DNA of 64,000 nt, from NCBI RefSeq assembly GCF_009914755.1, contig NC_060935.1. One strand, written 5' to 3'. Below the pieces are notes generated by a model. It was not told where the DNA came from, ran no database searches, and saw only the letters and a list, made by a program, of their open reading frames with translations. The translations under genes and the position numbers were made by a program. Shown piece after piece: positions 1 to 15,130 of the stretch. Source of the stretch: the human T2T-CHM13v2.0 reference genome, Homo sapiens. Position 1 is the stretch's first letter. Each line of letters opens with the position of its first letter.

Positions 1-20
1 TTGTGCCTCAGAGTTTGTAC

Positions 21-110
21 CCCACCTCCTGGGTTAAAGTGATTCTCATGCTTCAGTCTCCCAAGAAGCTGGGCTGACAGGCGTGTGCCACCACGCCCAC
101 CTATTTGTAC
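21..110 (-). mobile_element. Alu fragment (partial arm)
   Basis: acctcctgggttaaagtgattctcatgcttcagtctcccaagaagctggg...caggcgtgtgccaccacgccc matches the antisense Alu right arm; both ends missing. Confidence 0.8.
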
Positions 111-439
111 CACATTGTGGCAAGGGAGCTGTGCTTTCCTACCCCACGCCTGCTGGTCATTGGCTGAGGAGGTGGGGAGGCTCAGAGCACTTTTGACTTT
201 TGCTTGTGGAGCAGAGCCACTCCAGGGACTCAAGGGCCACCTGCTGAAGAAGAATCCTAGGTGCAGGAGTTAGGAGCAAATGTACTCAGAAACGCACCAG
301 GCATCAGAACGGAAATGGCTGAGCTAAGGTGACCAGCCCTCCCAGTGTGCCAGTGACCCAGGGGTTTCCTGGAAGTAGGATTCTGAGTGCTGAAGTCAGG
401 ATGGTCGGTCATCCAGAGCAGCAACGGTGTTGCTACACG

Positions 440-545
440 GAGCTCACCTTTTTCCACCTCAGTTTTCTTTTCTGTAAAATGGGGATCATAATAGAGCCAA
501 CCTTGTGGGGATGCTGGTGAGAGTCACCACGTTACCCTGGTGCAT
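440..545 (+). mobile_element. MIR SINE core fragment
   Basis: cctcagttttcttttctgtaaaatggggatcataatag = MIR core; approximate ends. Confidence 0.75.
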
Positions 546-1196
546 TGCCAGGAATGCTTGTTCTCTAAGCCCTCCTCTCCACTTGCCAGGCACTGGGCGA
601 CCCCAAGGCCTGGAATGATGAAAGCAGACATTTCCAAAGCTGGGGAACGTCCTCCTGTTCTTTACCTTCCACTGCGCTCCCTTCCCATCCCTTCCCCAGC
701 CATTTGACAACTGCCCATGAGCTGAGGCCCTGGAGAGGAGGAGGCTGTGTCTTTAAGTGTTCCGAACAGCACTGAAATGTTATGACAGTGCATCTCACAA
801 GGGATGCCGTTTCCACGGCAACCCCACTCTAAGATAAGCAAGCCGCCTGTATTTTTTTCTGAAAGGTTGAGGAACAGGGGGGTGGGGGGAGTTAGGCGAT
901 CTGTCAGCGGGTGGGACTTGAAAGCAAGAGCCACGTCCATTAATCCTTTAGCTCTGATTGTGTTATCCAGGAATCAGCCATTAGAGGAGGGAGAAGCAGG
1001 GCCCCTTCCCCTGGCATCCTGTCTCATAAACTAGAGTAGGGGCTACCTCTGGACGCTTGGCAAGAGGAAGACAGAGAAAGAACCATGGTCAAGTTTTGTC
1101 TGAGAAACTGCAGCCCTCTAGCCTTTACCAGGTTCACCCCTACCAAGTGTTTCCTGGTATCCAGAGAGTACCTGGCCAAAAGAACCTGGAGCTTCA

Positions 1197-1825
<629 letters not shown>

Positions 1826-2224
1826 ACATGCATTTTCATTAACTGAATCAGTGGGAAAAATGATGCCAGCTTGGTTGAAGCATAAAGAGGGGGTCCTCAC
1901 TGGCTTTAGGCAGACATCGGCATTGTCCAAGACCACCTCAAAGACCTGCTGCCATTTCTGCCATTGGAACCCCCACCCCCACCCCCACCCCCGGGGTCTT
2001 CCCATCATACCTAGAGTCAGATCTAAGTTCCTTATTGTGGCTGGCTCCTGCCAGCCTCATCCTTACCACCTGGGCTCCTTCAACAAGCTGGGCCAGTTCC
2101 GGTCCTCACGCCAGCTGCTTCTCTTCCTGGGACCACTCTTCCCTCACTGGCCCACTCCAGCATGGAAGGGTTTGACATCATCCAAGGGCTGCTGCCTCAT
2201 CCCCTGGTCCTGATGTTGGCATGA

Positions 2225-2372
2225 GGCGATGTTTAAGATGCCTGCCCTGGAGCTTTCCCTGCCTGGGTTCAGATCCAAGGTCCCACTGCCTGCCCCAGTC
2301 ATGGTAAGCCAGATGATTTCTCTAAAGCTCAGCTTCCTCATCTGCAAAGTGGTCATGATGGTATCCTACCTC
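2225..2372 (+). mobile_element. MIR
   Basis: ctgcctgggttcagatcc...ctcagcttcctcatctgcaaagtgg. Confidence 0.75.
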
Positions 2373-4039
2373 CACTCATCCAAGCAGTAGGGCAGTGGGG
2401 GTACAGGAAACCAGCTGGGAGGCTACTGCAATAGTCCAAGCGAGTTCTGGCGGTGGCCAGCCTGACACACAGGTGTGAGGATCAGGCATGCACTGGACTT
2501 CCAGGGATGAGTTCACACCCACTCACTGCCACACCCTTACTCCTGCCGCTTCTGATTGTCTAATTTTCTGCCCCAGGAGCCGGAAGAAAGGATACATTTC
2601 ATTCACCAGACCCCGCTGGAGTCTTGACCTCTCAGAACCTGACTGGCTTCCATGTGGTTTGGGACCTTGGGGTGTACAGGCATGAGATGCATTGTGCCCT
2701 GAGCCCACTGCCGGCTGGCACCAAGGACCTTTGGAGGCTTTGGGGTGATCTGGGACTAGCCAGGGCTCCCTGCTCCCAGGCCTGCTAAATGTGGAGCTGT
2801 AGCCTGCAGACACAGCCTGTCACTGTCACTACCTGTCCCAAACCTCAGGGGTGAGCCATGGCTGTGAATGCACTTTCTATTCCTTTTTTGTGCCCTCTGG
2901 CCTCCCTGTGGTCCCTCCGTTGCCCTTTCCATGCCACATCATGACTGCATCTCACTCATTTGCCCCAGTGTTCAGGAGACGCTTTGCCCACATCTGCTTT
3001 TAAAGAACAACAAGCTGAGATGTCACAGAATGGCAAGGAGGAGGAGAAAATGGAGGCTCCTGGTTCTTTGCTAATTTATTTTGACAACTGTAATTTCATT
3101 TTAATTATTTATGATCATTATTTAGAGTTCACTGGCAAGCGACCTGAGGTGTATGTTTTGTGCAGTGGAGAAGCCATGGCAGTGGGAGATTGGTTTTCAG
3201 TTTTTACGATGTTTTTGCTGATTCATGGGAAATGGATGGCAGGGTCCTCTGCCCCAGCCTTAGCCCCACTCCTGTGGGTTCCTCCATTGCCACGGAAGAA
3301 TTATTCTCCCTTCACACGGTGGAGATAAAAGCAAGAACCTGGAGCTCAGGGTCGGTCATGGGGACTGGTGGAGTCATCGTCCCTGTTTCCAGCTGGGTTT
3401 CTTCTCCTTGGAGAGGCAACACCTCTCCGGGTTTTGCCTGCACATAGCGCCCAGAATGGAACCCAGCATGTCAAAGTAGGGAGAATGTTGGTGACTACAG
3501 GTCTCCCCCTATCCTTGTTTTATGTACTAGGGAACTAATGACCTGAGAAGGACAAGGATAGCCTCAGTCACACAGCAACAACCAAAATACAGACCTGCTG
3601 AGCCCGGGCCAGCCTGAGCCTACCCACCCTCTGTCTGTCCTCTAGGCTTCTGCTCTGGCTGGAGCAGGGTGTGTAGGTATCTATTCACATGCATATTCCC
3701 AGCCCCCAGACCTGAGTCTGCAAGGACTTTCTCAAGCAAATGATCACCCACGTTGAGACACTGGTTTAGAGGGTATGTTCAGAACTGTGGCTTCTTGAAG
3801 GCCATGGCTGGTGGGTTTCCTATGGTATTGGCTTTGAGGGTTCTGAGAACATTGTCCTGACTCTGAGTAGCATCCTCACCCAACTTCAGGTATTACAGGA
3901 CCTGAAATCCTACCTGTGGAGATTTTTTCCTTTGGAGATAAGCATCACCTTCCATATTCTGGATGTTCCTAGGAGGAGTGACTCATTGATGCCACAAGAA
4001 ATCCGTAGTAACAACCCCTCATGTCTGTTGAGTAGGTTG

Positions 4040-4200
4040 GACCCTTGGCTTATCTGATTTCTCACAACCCAGGAGGCAGACAAAGCAAAGACTCTTTCTG
4101 CCCATTTTACAGATGAGAACCGAGAGGTTCCAAGAAGTTGACGCCCCTAAAAGTCACGTGGCCAGTGAGTTCACAAACCAGACTCTGGACATTTGAGCCC
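4040..4200 (-). mobile_element. MIR
   Basis: cccattttacagatgagaaccgagagg...aagtcacgtggc (antisense core). Confidence 0.75.
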
Positions 4201-4769
4201 CCACTGTAGCCTGATGAGGTGGGTGTTAGGGAATAGAAGAGGCTGAGAGGCCAGGTGAGTGGGTGAGGGAATGAGAGGGGAAAGGCTTTGGTGGGGGCCA
4301 CGGTACCCACCATTATTATTTATAGGATAGATCTGGTGGGACTTTCTGAGCGATGTGAGGGATGATGGCGGGGTGGGGAGGAGTATGGAGACTGATGAAT
4401 GGATTCTGTGCCTGAGCACCTGGGAGCCAAGTCCTGCCATTAATGAAAATGGGGACGGGAGCAAACACACCTACAGTGAACGCCTCCTTGGTGAGACTCA
4501 AAGATTCTTAAGGACCAGTTCTGTGCCACATTCATCATTTTGTTATCCTTGTGTCTAGCAAAGGCACTGACGGGATGAGATTCTCAGGACTGGTTTGTCA
4601 AGAGCACATGTGAATGGGGGAGGGGAAGGAGCTCCTAAAGGCATGAAAGTGAAAAATTCGGGAGGAATTAACACTCCCCTGCCTCAGGTGAAGCGACCTC
4701 TGGCCTTTCTCTAAGTGGGTGACGTAGAGCACTAATGCTTGGCCCTAAACAGTTGCTCAGCAGAGAAGT

Positions 4770-4960
4770 TTAGGAACGAGTGTGTACTCTGCCTCCATTT
4801 CTAGAGAGTCAACACGCTTGTTGGGTCAAATAAAGGCTCTGATAAGTCCTGCACAAAGGAGCCTGTTTAACTTGGGGTAAGCCAGCATTTCCCAGACTTC
4901 ATGGACCACAGTGCCTTTTTTTGTTGCTGAGGTTATTAACATCTGAACACACTTCTAGAA
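4770..4960. mobile_element. hAT-Charlie relic, MER103C-like
   Basis: aaaggctctgataagtcctgcacaaaggagcctgtttaactt...cagcatttcccagacttcatggaccacagtgcctttttt resembles MER103C as recalled. Confidence 0.6.
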
Positions 4961-5109
4961 AGGCTCTTCAGGCCAGCCTCCCTCCTGTGTGCTCAGTGGC
5001 TGGCCGTCCCTGAAGAGGGTCAGAGAGGCCCGTGCCCTCCCACACTCAGCTCTTAGGAAATCACTATCTGCTGTTGAGGATTATTCTGAAGATGGTACCA
5101 TCATTAGCA

Positions 5110-5380
5110 TCATAATAGCAGCTTCACTTACTCAATCCTTAAACTCCCGAGCAATGTGGTAAGCAGCTTTCCTGCGTCTTTCATGTAAGGCTCACAGCAG
5201 CCCTGTGATGTGGGTACTGTCATCACCATCCTCATTTCACAGACAGGGAAAGACGGGAAAGCAAGACTTGGAGGATTAAGTCGCTTGTCCAAGGTCACAC
5301 AGCTGGAAAGTAGCAGAGCCAGATGTGGTCACAGAAAAGCTCCAGTGCATTCCTTCCCCCAAGCTTAACCACTGCCCTGT
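5110..5380 (-). mobile_element. MIR
   Basis: ctcacagcagccctgtgatgtgggtact...cttgtccaaggtcacacagctggaaagtagcagagcc. Confidence 0.8.
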
Positions 5381-6489
5381 CCTGTGAGGGACTTGGTAGC
5401 CTCCCCCATCTGGCCCAGACCATGGCTAAGCCACTCTGGGGGCCCCAAATTTGGTGTTTGCATTGCTAGCTTCAGTCTGGACCCCCCTGGGCAGCCCTCA
5501 CCCCCTGCCCTCCCCTTGGCCTTCCTGGAACTGATGCTGAGTATATTAGAAACCCATGGAATTGGAGAGTTTTAAACAGGAAACTGGTATAATTTTGGTC
5601 AGGAGCTCAGGCTAGAGTGAGGAAGCTCTGCCAGGCACAGCCACATCCAAAAGAAATAGAGAGGGAGGGTTTAGAGTTTCCAGTTTGTGCATTTCAGGGA
5701 TATGAAGATAGATAAAGGAGTTGTATTCAGCCCTGTCCAGGCTTGACTGTCTTTTGTTTTTCTTGTCTTCCAAGTCCTTCTTTATTGAATCTGGTGAGAC
5801 TGAGGCCAACTAGGGGACCCAGGGCAGTGAAGCTTCATCTCATGGGACTTATCCCCACCCCCACCCCGCCTTTGTGACTTTTTGTGTCATGCTCTGCACC
5901 CCACCCCCTCCCAGGCAGTGCCGCCCCCTCCTCACCCTTGCCCTCCCTCGTTTTTTGTTCCTCTGGGAGCTCCCCAGAGAGTGGGCCACTGTGGGGGCCA
6001 TCGGTGCAGAGAGGACACAATGGAACTCTTGTGAAACTGTGGGCTTCTCCTGCCCCCTCCCCAGGGGGCCTGTCCAACATTCCTCAGCCTTGCCCGAGAC
6101 CTTCTTGAACCCTCGTCCCCTTGGAAAACCAGACTAAACTGGTCTCATGGGGAGAGGGTTTTTGTCTGCCTAAGGAGCCTGTCCCGCACCCCACCCCAAC
6201 TTCGGAGCGGCCACTGCCCTTGCACACCCTATACCTTGGTCCAAACGACACACCCACGACACCATGCCAACCTCGGATTTAAAAGTTTTATTAGATTAGC
6301 AAGTTCATTCTTCACTCAGCTCTTCTCAGCCCCCATTCAACTGCATTTCAATTCCACAAACATCTGTTAGCCCTCCAAGTAAGGGAGAACGTCAATGAGC
6401 GGGCAGTAGCTCCCAGTGGAAGAGGGCACTGTGGTGGAGGGACTAGAAGGATGACCCTCCCAGGCCTATTGCGTGGGGCACATCGATTG

Positions 6490-7033
<544 letters not shown>

Positions 7034-7039
7034 TGGCAA

Positions 7040-7260
7040 GTACTTATTGAGCCAGGTACTCTCTGCCACTAGAACAGCCTCTCCCCAGGGCACGTGCTTT
7101 AAGATTCACAACATACATTCAGACCACAGTCTTCAGGATGACTGTGCAGGTATTAGAGGACCCATTTTGATGATGGAGAAACTGAGGTTCAAAGAAGTGA
7201 AAGGTATTGCCAGAGGCCCCAGAGCTGGGGGATCTGGCGGATCTGGGGTTGGAGCCTCTT
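7040..7260 (-). mobile_element. MIR
   Basis: cccattttgatgatggagaaactgaggttcaaagaagtgaa. Confidence 0.7.
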
Positions 7261-7912
7261 CTGCCTCACTTACATCTCAACTGAGCCCTCAGCTCAGTGT
7301 CAGGACTAAATACCTGTGCCGTAAATGAAAGCCTGGTTACCTGCAAGAGACCAGGGTTGGGTGAGCCCCTCTGTCTGGGTAAGAACGGGCCACCTGGCTC
7401 AGGGCTTTACCTGGCTGTATGAAGTTCCCCTTCCATAGGGCCTGTATTTGCGCAGTGATGGGAGGCTTCGCTCAAAGCTCATTTGCAGCTGTTCTCTGCC
7501 AGAGCCCCTTTCTGGGCTGTGCAGCAGGATGCCCGGTGACACCTGTTTGCAGAAGTTTCTGGTCTCCCTACCTGGAACAGATTTGGCCCAACCCCCTCGT
7601 AGTCTCTTCCTGAGAAGGGGCCTTCCTAGGATTGGGGACAGGTGGGGGCAGGGACTTCTCAGGCAGTCAGTGGGGTCATAAATCGGGCTAATTGCAAAGC
7701 TTCCTTCCACAGAGGCACAGTGTCTGCCCAGAAAGTCTGTCTTCTGGGAAAAGGCCAAGAGGACACAATGAGTCTTTACCATGCAGGGGCCCGCCTGGGC
7801 TGCGAGGGGCTGGGGGCCTGACCCACAGCCCAGAGCTGCACAGTCTGACAAGGGCAGAAGCAGGACCAAGCCTCACATCTTCTGACCCCTAGGCTGAAGC
7901 TTTTTAAACTGT

Positions 7913-7985
7913 ACAGTTGTCCCCTCATATCTATGGATGACTGGTTGTATGGATGCTAAAATCTGCAGGTGCTCAAGGCCCTTAG
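7913..7985. mobile_element. MER2 (TcMar-Tigger) terminal fragment
   Basis: ta-cagttgtcccctcatatctatgg...aaaatctgcaggtgctcaaggccctta resembles the MER2 end, preceded by TA. Confidence 0.6.
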
Positions 7986-8049
7986 AGCATTTGCTTATTT
8001 ATTTATGTTTAAATAGCTTCCAAATCAGGATTGTCGGATTGTTGGGGCT

Positions 8050-8115
8050 GAGCAATTGGTACATAGGGGTTCATTATAGTATTCTCTCTGTGTGTGCTTG
8101 AAAACTGCCAAAAGT
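8050..8115 (+). mobile_element. L1ME-type 3' end fragment
   Basis: ggtacataggggttcattatagtattctctct...gcttgaaa. Confidence 0.55.
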
Positions 8116-8184
8116 TAGAGTTCACGTGATAAACTAAATGTTACCACTTCAGAAAGACTTTTGCAGAACAAAAATTTAGATTGC

Positions 8185-8378
8185 CATTCTCTACAGCCCC
8201 TGCTTTGCTTCCTCCATAGAAGTTACTCTAACGTGAGGTTCTTTTCTTATCTGTCCCTGTCTGTCTCTGTCTCTGGAGTGGAGCTTCCTGTGTTTGCTTC
8301 ATTTATAGGTATCTCCTTATCTGCCAGCACAGAGCTGGGCATACAGAAGGTACCCAGTACATACCTGTGGAAGGAAAT
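8185..8378 (+). mobile_element. L2 3' end
   Basis: ccagcacagagctgggcatacagaaggtacccagtacatacctgtggaagga. Confidence 0.65.
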
Positions 8379-8469
8379 AATATCCATATAGCATCCAGAG
8401 AAACCACACTAGTTTCAAGGAGTTGGTGGGGAATCATGGGAAAAAATGAAAAAAATATCTTCATAAGTT

Positions 8470-8627
8470 AGCAGTGCCTCAGGGTGGTGGTTAAGAGCTC
8501 CAAAGACAGAAGGAAACTGCCTCATTTGAATCCCAGCTCCGTTTTCCCAGTGACCTTGGAGGAGTTACTAGCCTTTTCAAGCCTTTATCTCTTCACCTGT
8601 AGAATGGTGGCAATAATAGTTCTAGCT
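8470..8627 (+). mobile_element. MIR
   Basis: gtggttaagagc...ttgaatcccagctcc...gtgaccttgg...cacctgtagaatgg. Confidence 0.8.
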
Positions 8628-8919
8628 GCCGGCTTTAGTGGCTCACACCTGTAATCGCAGCACTTTGGGACTCCGAGGTGGGAGGATCAATTAAACCCAG
8701 GAGTTTGAGACAAGCCTGGGCCACATAGTGAGACCCTGTCTCTACAAAAATAAAAAACATCAGCTGGGTGTGGTGGTGTCCACCTGTGGTCCCAGCTACT
8801 CGGAAGGCTGAGGTGGGAGGATTGCTTGAGCCTGGGAGGTCAAGACTGCAGTGAGCCATGGTCAAGTCACTGCACTCCAGCCTGGGTGACAGAGTGAGAC
8901 CTTGTCTCGAACATAAAAA
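8628..8919 (+). mobile_element. AluJ
   Basis: J-type diagnostics (gggaggatc, gcctgggccacatagtgagaccctg, gggaggattgcttgagcctgggagg); flanks ttctagct / ttctagcc look like a degraded TSD. Confidence 0.95.
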
Positions 8920-9239
8920 GATTCTAGCCATCAGTGTTCAAGAATGTCATCATCCATGCACTTCCCTGCTAGGTCTTAGACCTGCCTCACTGGGAAGCAC
9001 ATTAGGACCTGGAGAGTCTCTCCTCAAGCTGGAAAAGGCAATAGAGGGGGAGTTTGGGAAATGGACAGTGGAATACGGCAGCCCCTGGGGGTCTTTGGTG
9101 GGTCAGGAACCCTGCAGGAGAGGAAACAGCAGACAGACACAAAGGCTCTGAGATGGGTTCTGGGACCCAGAGAAGCGAAGCACAAAGTGGTTGAGGTGGG
9201 TGGGGGGAGAGCTGTGGGAGATGGAGTGAGGGGGTAGTG

Positions 9240-9425
9240 GTGGGGGCTGCAGGGCCTTGAAGAGTTTGGGTTTTATTCTAAGTGCAATGAGAAGCCTTCA
9301 GAGAGTTTTAAGCAGAGAAGCTCCAGATTCTAATTTGCATTTTAAATAAATCCCTCTGGCTGCTGCATGGAGAATGGATTATTGGAGCAAAAGTAGGAGC
9401 CAGAGACCAGAGAAGATAGAAGTCA
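9240..9425 (-). mobile_element. L2 fragment
   Basis: gagtttgggttttattctaagtgcaatgagaagcc...gttttaagcag...atccctctggctgctgcatggagaatggatt. Confidence 0.8.
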
Positions 9426-9482
9426 GGGCTGCCTCCCCAGCCCCCACTGGATGGAGCAGATGGGAGTGGGGGGCTGGGAAGC

Positions 9483-9486
<4 letters not shown>

Positions 9487-9514
<28 letters not shown>
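9487..9514. repeat. (CA)14 microsatellite
   Basis: read directly. Confidence 0.95.
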
Positions 9515-9874
9515 GCCTCTGGCAGGGTGGGCTCAAGAACTGGGGAAGAGGTGGCTGGGGCTGCAGGTGGTAAAGGCTGTGGGTGGGGACTCCAGGGCCT
9601 CTAGATGAAAGGTCCAGTTTGTCCAAACTGGTTCCCAAAATGCTGGAATGGAAGAGGAAATAGTGAAAGCAAAATAATACAAAGGGCTTTACTAGAGAAG
9701 CCTTCCTTGGGGTCTGCTCAGACCCATTCCTTTTATTATTGTTGTTCAGAGTATTGCTCTGATTTTAACATTGAGCTGCTCTGATAAACAGGTGCACCAG
9801 CTCCAAGATGGTGGGGACAGTGGAGGGACCCATGTTTGGGGAGAGTCATGGCGGAGGCATGGGGCACAAGTGAG

Positions 9875-10740
9875 TCTTTCACTCACTACCCATTGATTGA
9901 GGGCCTGACACATTCCAGTCCCTACTAGGTGTTAAAAGTTATTCACTGGTCTATGAAACCAAGTTTCTGTCCTCTAGGAATTCAGCCTAGTAAGAAAAGG
10001 GAGTGTATGCAGACCACAACACAAGTGAGTGTTCGTGGATGTAAACAGGGCAGGAGCAAAATTCACACAGGCAGATAAGGCTTTTCAGAAGACAAGTCGA
10101 CAGAGAAGCCAAGAAAGGATTTACTGAGGTGGCCTTGAAGGACTGGGGCTGGGAAGATGACATTTTGGGTGGAGGGACAGCATTTGCCAGTGCTTAGATG
10201 TGGGAAAGCATGGGTTGGGGGGGCATTTTTTCAGCAAAGAAGGTATCCTCCCTTCGGGTGGGGATTCTGGGAACATGTACAGGAGTAGGGAAACATTAAA
10301 TCAGAGAGGGAGGTTGAGGCCAGAGTACAGAAGTTCTTGAATGCTGAATTTGGATTTAATTGTTCTGTCATTAGGAGTCTGAAGGTTTTGGACCAGGCCA
10401 GTGGTCTGGAGATATGGTTCTGAGAGAGGGTAGAGGAGGGATTGAAGAAGTGAGAGACTGGAACAAGTTGTCTACTGCAAGGATCCAAGGAGTAGAAGCT
10501 GCCGCCCTGGAGTGGAGCAGGGGACACTGGGGTGGAGACGAGGGGCTGATGCAGGAGGTAGCAGGACAACTCTATAGGACTTTGGAATGAATTGGATGGG
10601 GCAAGAACAGAAATGCTCTGAGTCTCTGTGTATTTGAGCTGAGATGCTTAGATTATTGAGGCTACTAAGAAAAATGGTGGGAACTCAAAGGATAGAGGAA
10701 AAGCTAGTGAGAGGGGCCAGAGAGATGATAAACTCAGCTT
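9875..10740 (-). mobile_element. degraded L2 (several fragments)
   Basis: antisense L2 tail (cattgattgagggcct...ctctaggaattcagcctagt) and internal L2 motifs (tttggatttaattg...gaaggttttggaccagg; ggactttggaatgaattggatggg). Confidence 0.6.
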
Positions 10741-10866
10741 AGGGCAAAAATGTTATGATTCTTACTCCGTCAGCCTTCCAACATGAAAACCCCATTCCAG
10801 CAGTATTCTCTCAGCACTTGGATGGAAGTTTGACTAGCATTTATTACACCTGAAAAATAAGAATGA

Positions 10867-11387
<521 letters not shown>

Positions 11388-11390
<3 letters not shown>

Positions 11391-11430
11391 GGAAGGAAAG
11401 GAGGGAGGGAAGGAGGGAGGAAAGGAGGGA
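11388..11430. repeat. (GGAA/GGGA)n purine-rich repeat
   Basis: gaaggaaggaaaggagggagggaaggagggaggaaaggaggga. Confidence 0.85.
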
Positions 11431-12489
11431 TGCCTTATTCATCTCAGTTCAGCACAGAGCCTGGCCCTCAGAAGCTCCGTAACCAACATTTGGGGACTGG
11501 CGAGCAGCGATGAGGGATTCTTGGCAAGCTGAGGTTTTCAGAGCTCCCCTCTGGTAGCTGCTGTGCTTGCAGGGGTGTGTTTATCTTTAAGGTCTGGATC
11601 TAAATTTTTCTTTCAAGTCCAAAGGCTTTTACAAACCCCAGCCTAAAACAACAACTGGATTGCATTTCTGAGGAGGAAGGGTGGGGGTGGGGAGAGAAGA
11701 AGAAGGAGAAAGCAAGAGAACCTCTCCACTTCCCACCCCATTATGAGTTCCGACGGAGGTAGAGCCAGAAAAACAGAACAGGCTGTTTAAGTGGGACAAG
11801 CAAGAAGCCCAGCCACCTGGGGAGGGCTTGGGGAGGATGCAGAGAAGAAGTCAGTTTGTGGAGAAATAATAGATCTTCTCCTGGTCGGCTGTTAGCAGGG
11901 CAGCTGTGGCCGCCCTTGGTTGGGGGAATCAGGAGTGACTGGCTACCTTGTTAGTGGGAGGGGGTCCTCCCAACCATGGGCGGGAGCAGCCGGCACTGGA
12001 CGCTGCCCAGCAGAAACAGAGCTGGTTATCGCTTTTCATAAAGACTGGTCATTTTCATAAAGACGAATCAATGCCTGGGTGAGTCTCCTTGGCAGAAAGA
12101 AAGGCAGCTCTAAATGGGAGCGGCAGATGCTTGCATCTGTGTGCATCTGTCAGGAAAGCCAGGGAGAACGTACAGAGGGATGTGGCTAAAGACAGGTGGC
12201 ATTCCTGGCCACATTTCACAGCTCTTTTTGATGCAGAAGTAAATACATATGTAAGCTGCTTCCACAGAGGCATTCTCTGGATGCTGGTAAATCAGGGAAA
12301 GTTTGGTGGGAAGGGTCTTGATGCCTAACCTCATATTCTGGCTCCAGTTTCCAGGAAGCCTGTGTTCCTCTCAAGATGAGATTGGGGCCCTGGGCCAGGG
12401 AGATTGAGTTCGAGTCCTGTGCTGAGCTTTGCTAATAGTGGGATCTCAGCTCAGTCACACGGTCTCCCTGGTCATCCATGTTTGCCTTC

Positions 12490-13261
<772 letters not shown>

Positions 13262-13954
13262 TAACAATTATTAGGTTGGGTGCCTGTTGGGTGCGTAGTG
13301 CTAGAGAAGCACACAGATAAGGACGACACTGTTCCGGATTTGCCAGCCTCATTCCTAACAAGCCAACTTCAGCTCAACTTGCACTAGATCTGTTAGAATG
13401 GGTGGGGTGGGTCCAAGAAGCCAAACTTTGCCCCAGAAATATAACTGCTTAAGGACAACACCTGTAGTGTTTGTATGATACAACCTCAAACTTGCTTGGA
13501 TGTTTAAAGGAAATTGTGAAAGCCCTTTTTTCAGTTTTACTTGTTCCACTATAAAAATCTGTCTAACTCATCTTGGGGCTGAAAGAACATTTTCTGATTC
13601 CAGAGACTCTCTCCAACAATTGTTGGAACGTTGGTTGAATAATCTGGGAAGTCTTTGGCAGATCTAAATCAAACATAACTTTTCGAGCTGGTTCCTTCAA
13701 CACCTCCAGAGCAGGGAGGAAGTGTATTAGCAATAAGAGGCATGTGGTATGTCAGACAATTTTAGGTGGCACTCAGATGAACTGGAATGCTTTTTATTTC
13801 AATGGTTATATAGTTATCTGAGTGAGTATTTGATGAAGTATATTTAGCACATAAAACCCATGGTTTCCTGAACAGTGCTGCTTAAGACAAAGTTTAAAAA
13901 ATGAGTTGGGTTTAAGTCATTTGAAAGAAACAGATTCAATAAAGGACAGTACAA

Positions 13955-14096
13955 GCCAGGGACAGTCACTCACACTTGTAATCCCAGCTACTTGGGAGAC
14001 CAAAGTGGGAGGATCACTTGAGGCCAGGAATTGGCACCCAGCCTGGCTAAGTAGCAAGACCCTGTCTCTTAAAAAAAAAAAAAAAAAAAGGAAAGA
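13955..14096 (+). mobile_element. free Alu monomer (FLAM-like)
   Basis: single arm: tgtaatcccagctacttgggag...gggaggatcacttgaggccagg...gcaagaccctgtctct followed by an A tail. Confidence 0.85.
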
Positions 14097-14456
<360 letters not shown>

Positions 14457-14514
14457 TCAGTGGGTGTGGGTATTGCAAAATTCCTGGGGGGAACTCAAGT
14501 TTGGGAATCACTGG

Positions 14515-14645
14515 TTGAGTGGATTAGAGACTTTGGCATTGGTACCTGGGTTTGAATCTCTGCTCCGCTGCCTGCTGGCCTGGTAGCCCTCAGACAAGTC
14601 ACCTAATGCCTTTGGACATCAGTTTCCTCATCTGTAAAGAAAACC
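14515..14645 (+). mobile_element. MIR
   Basis: cctgggtttgaatctctgctcc...tcagtttcctcatctgtaaa. Confidence 0.8.
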
Positions 14646-14954
14646 TCTGTGGCCCAGCTGAACATCCCTGTGGAGCACTGGGCTCAGAAGGAGAGCTGAT
14701 ATGGGCTGCATGTAGCCTCCAGTGGGACGGGAAGACAGATGCACACCCCAGCTGCCCAAGGGTTACTCAAAGTAGAGGACCGTGTAGGGGTGGCTGAGTT
14801 CCGAGGCTCTGAGCTGGGGATCTCCCCTAGAATGTGGGACCCTGGGGTGCGGTCTCAGGAGGTAGCACTTGAAGATCCAAGACTGAAATAGGGCCAGGAG
14901 CAGATATTGTTTTAGTAATTCGGGAAGCTTTGGTTTGATTTTTTTTGTATAAAC

Positions 14955-15130
14955 CCCTATTATGTGCCAGGAGCTTCACATGAATATTCATTGTTTCTGC
15001 AACAACTTCCCCCAGGAAAGTGATATTATTCCCATTTTACAGATGAAGGCACTCAGGCTCAGAGAGGTGAAGTAACTTGACCAAGGTCACACAGCTAGAA
15101 GAGGTGGTGCGAGGATTGGAAACCTCTACC
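14955..15130 (-). mobile_element. MIR
   Basis: cccattttacagatgaagg...gctcagagaggtgaagtaacttgaccaaggtcacacagctag. Confidence 0.88.
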
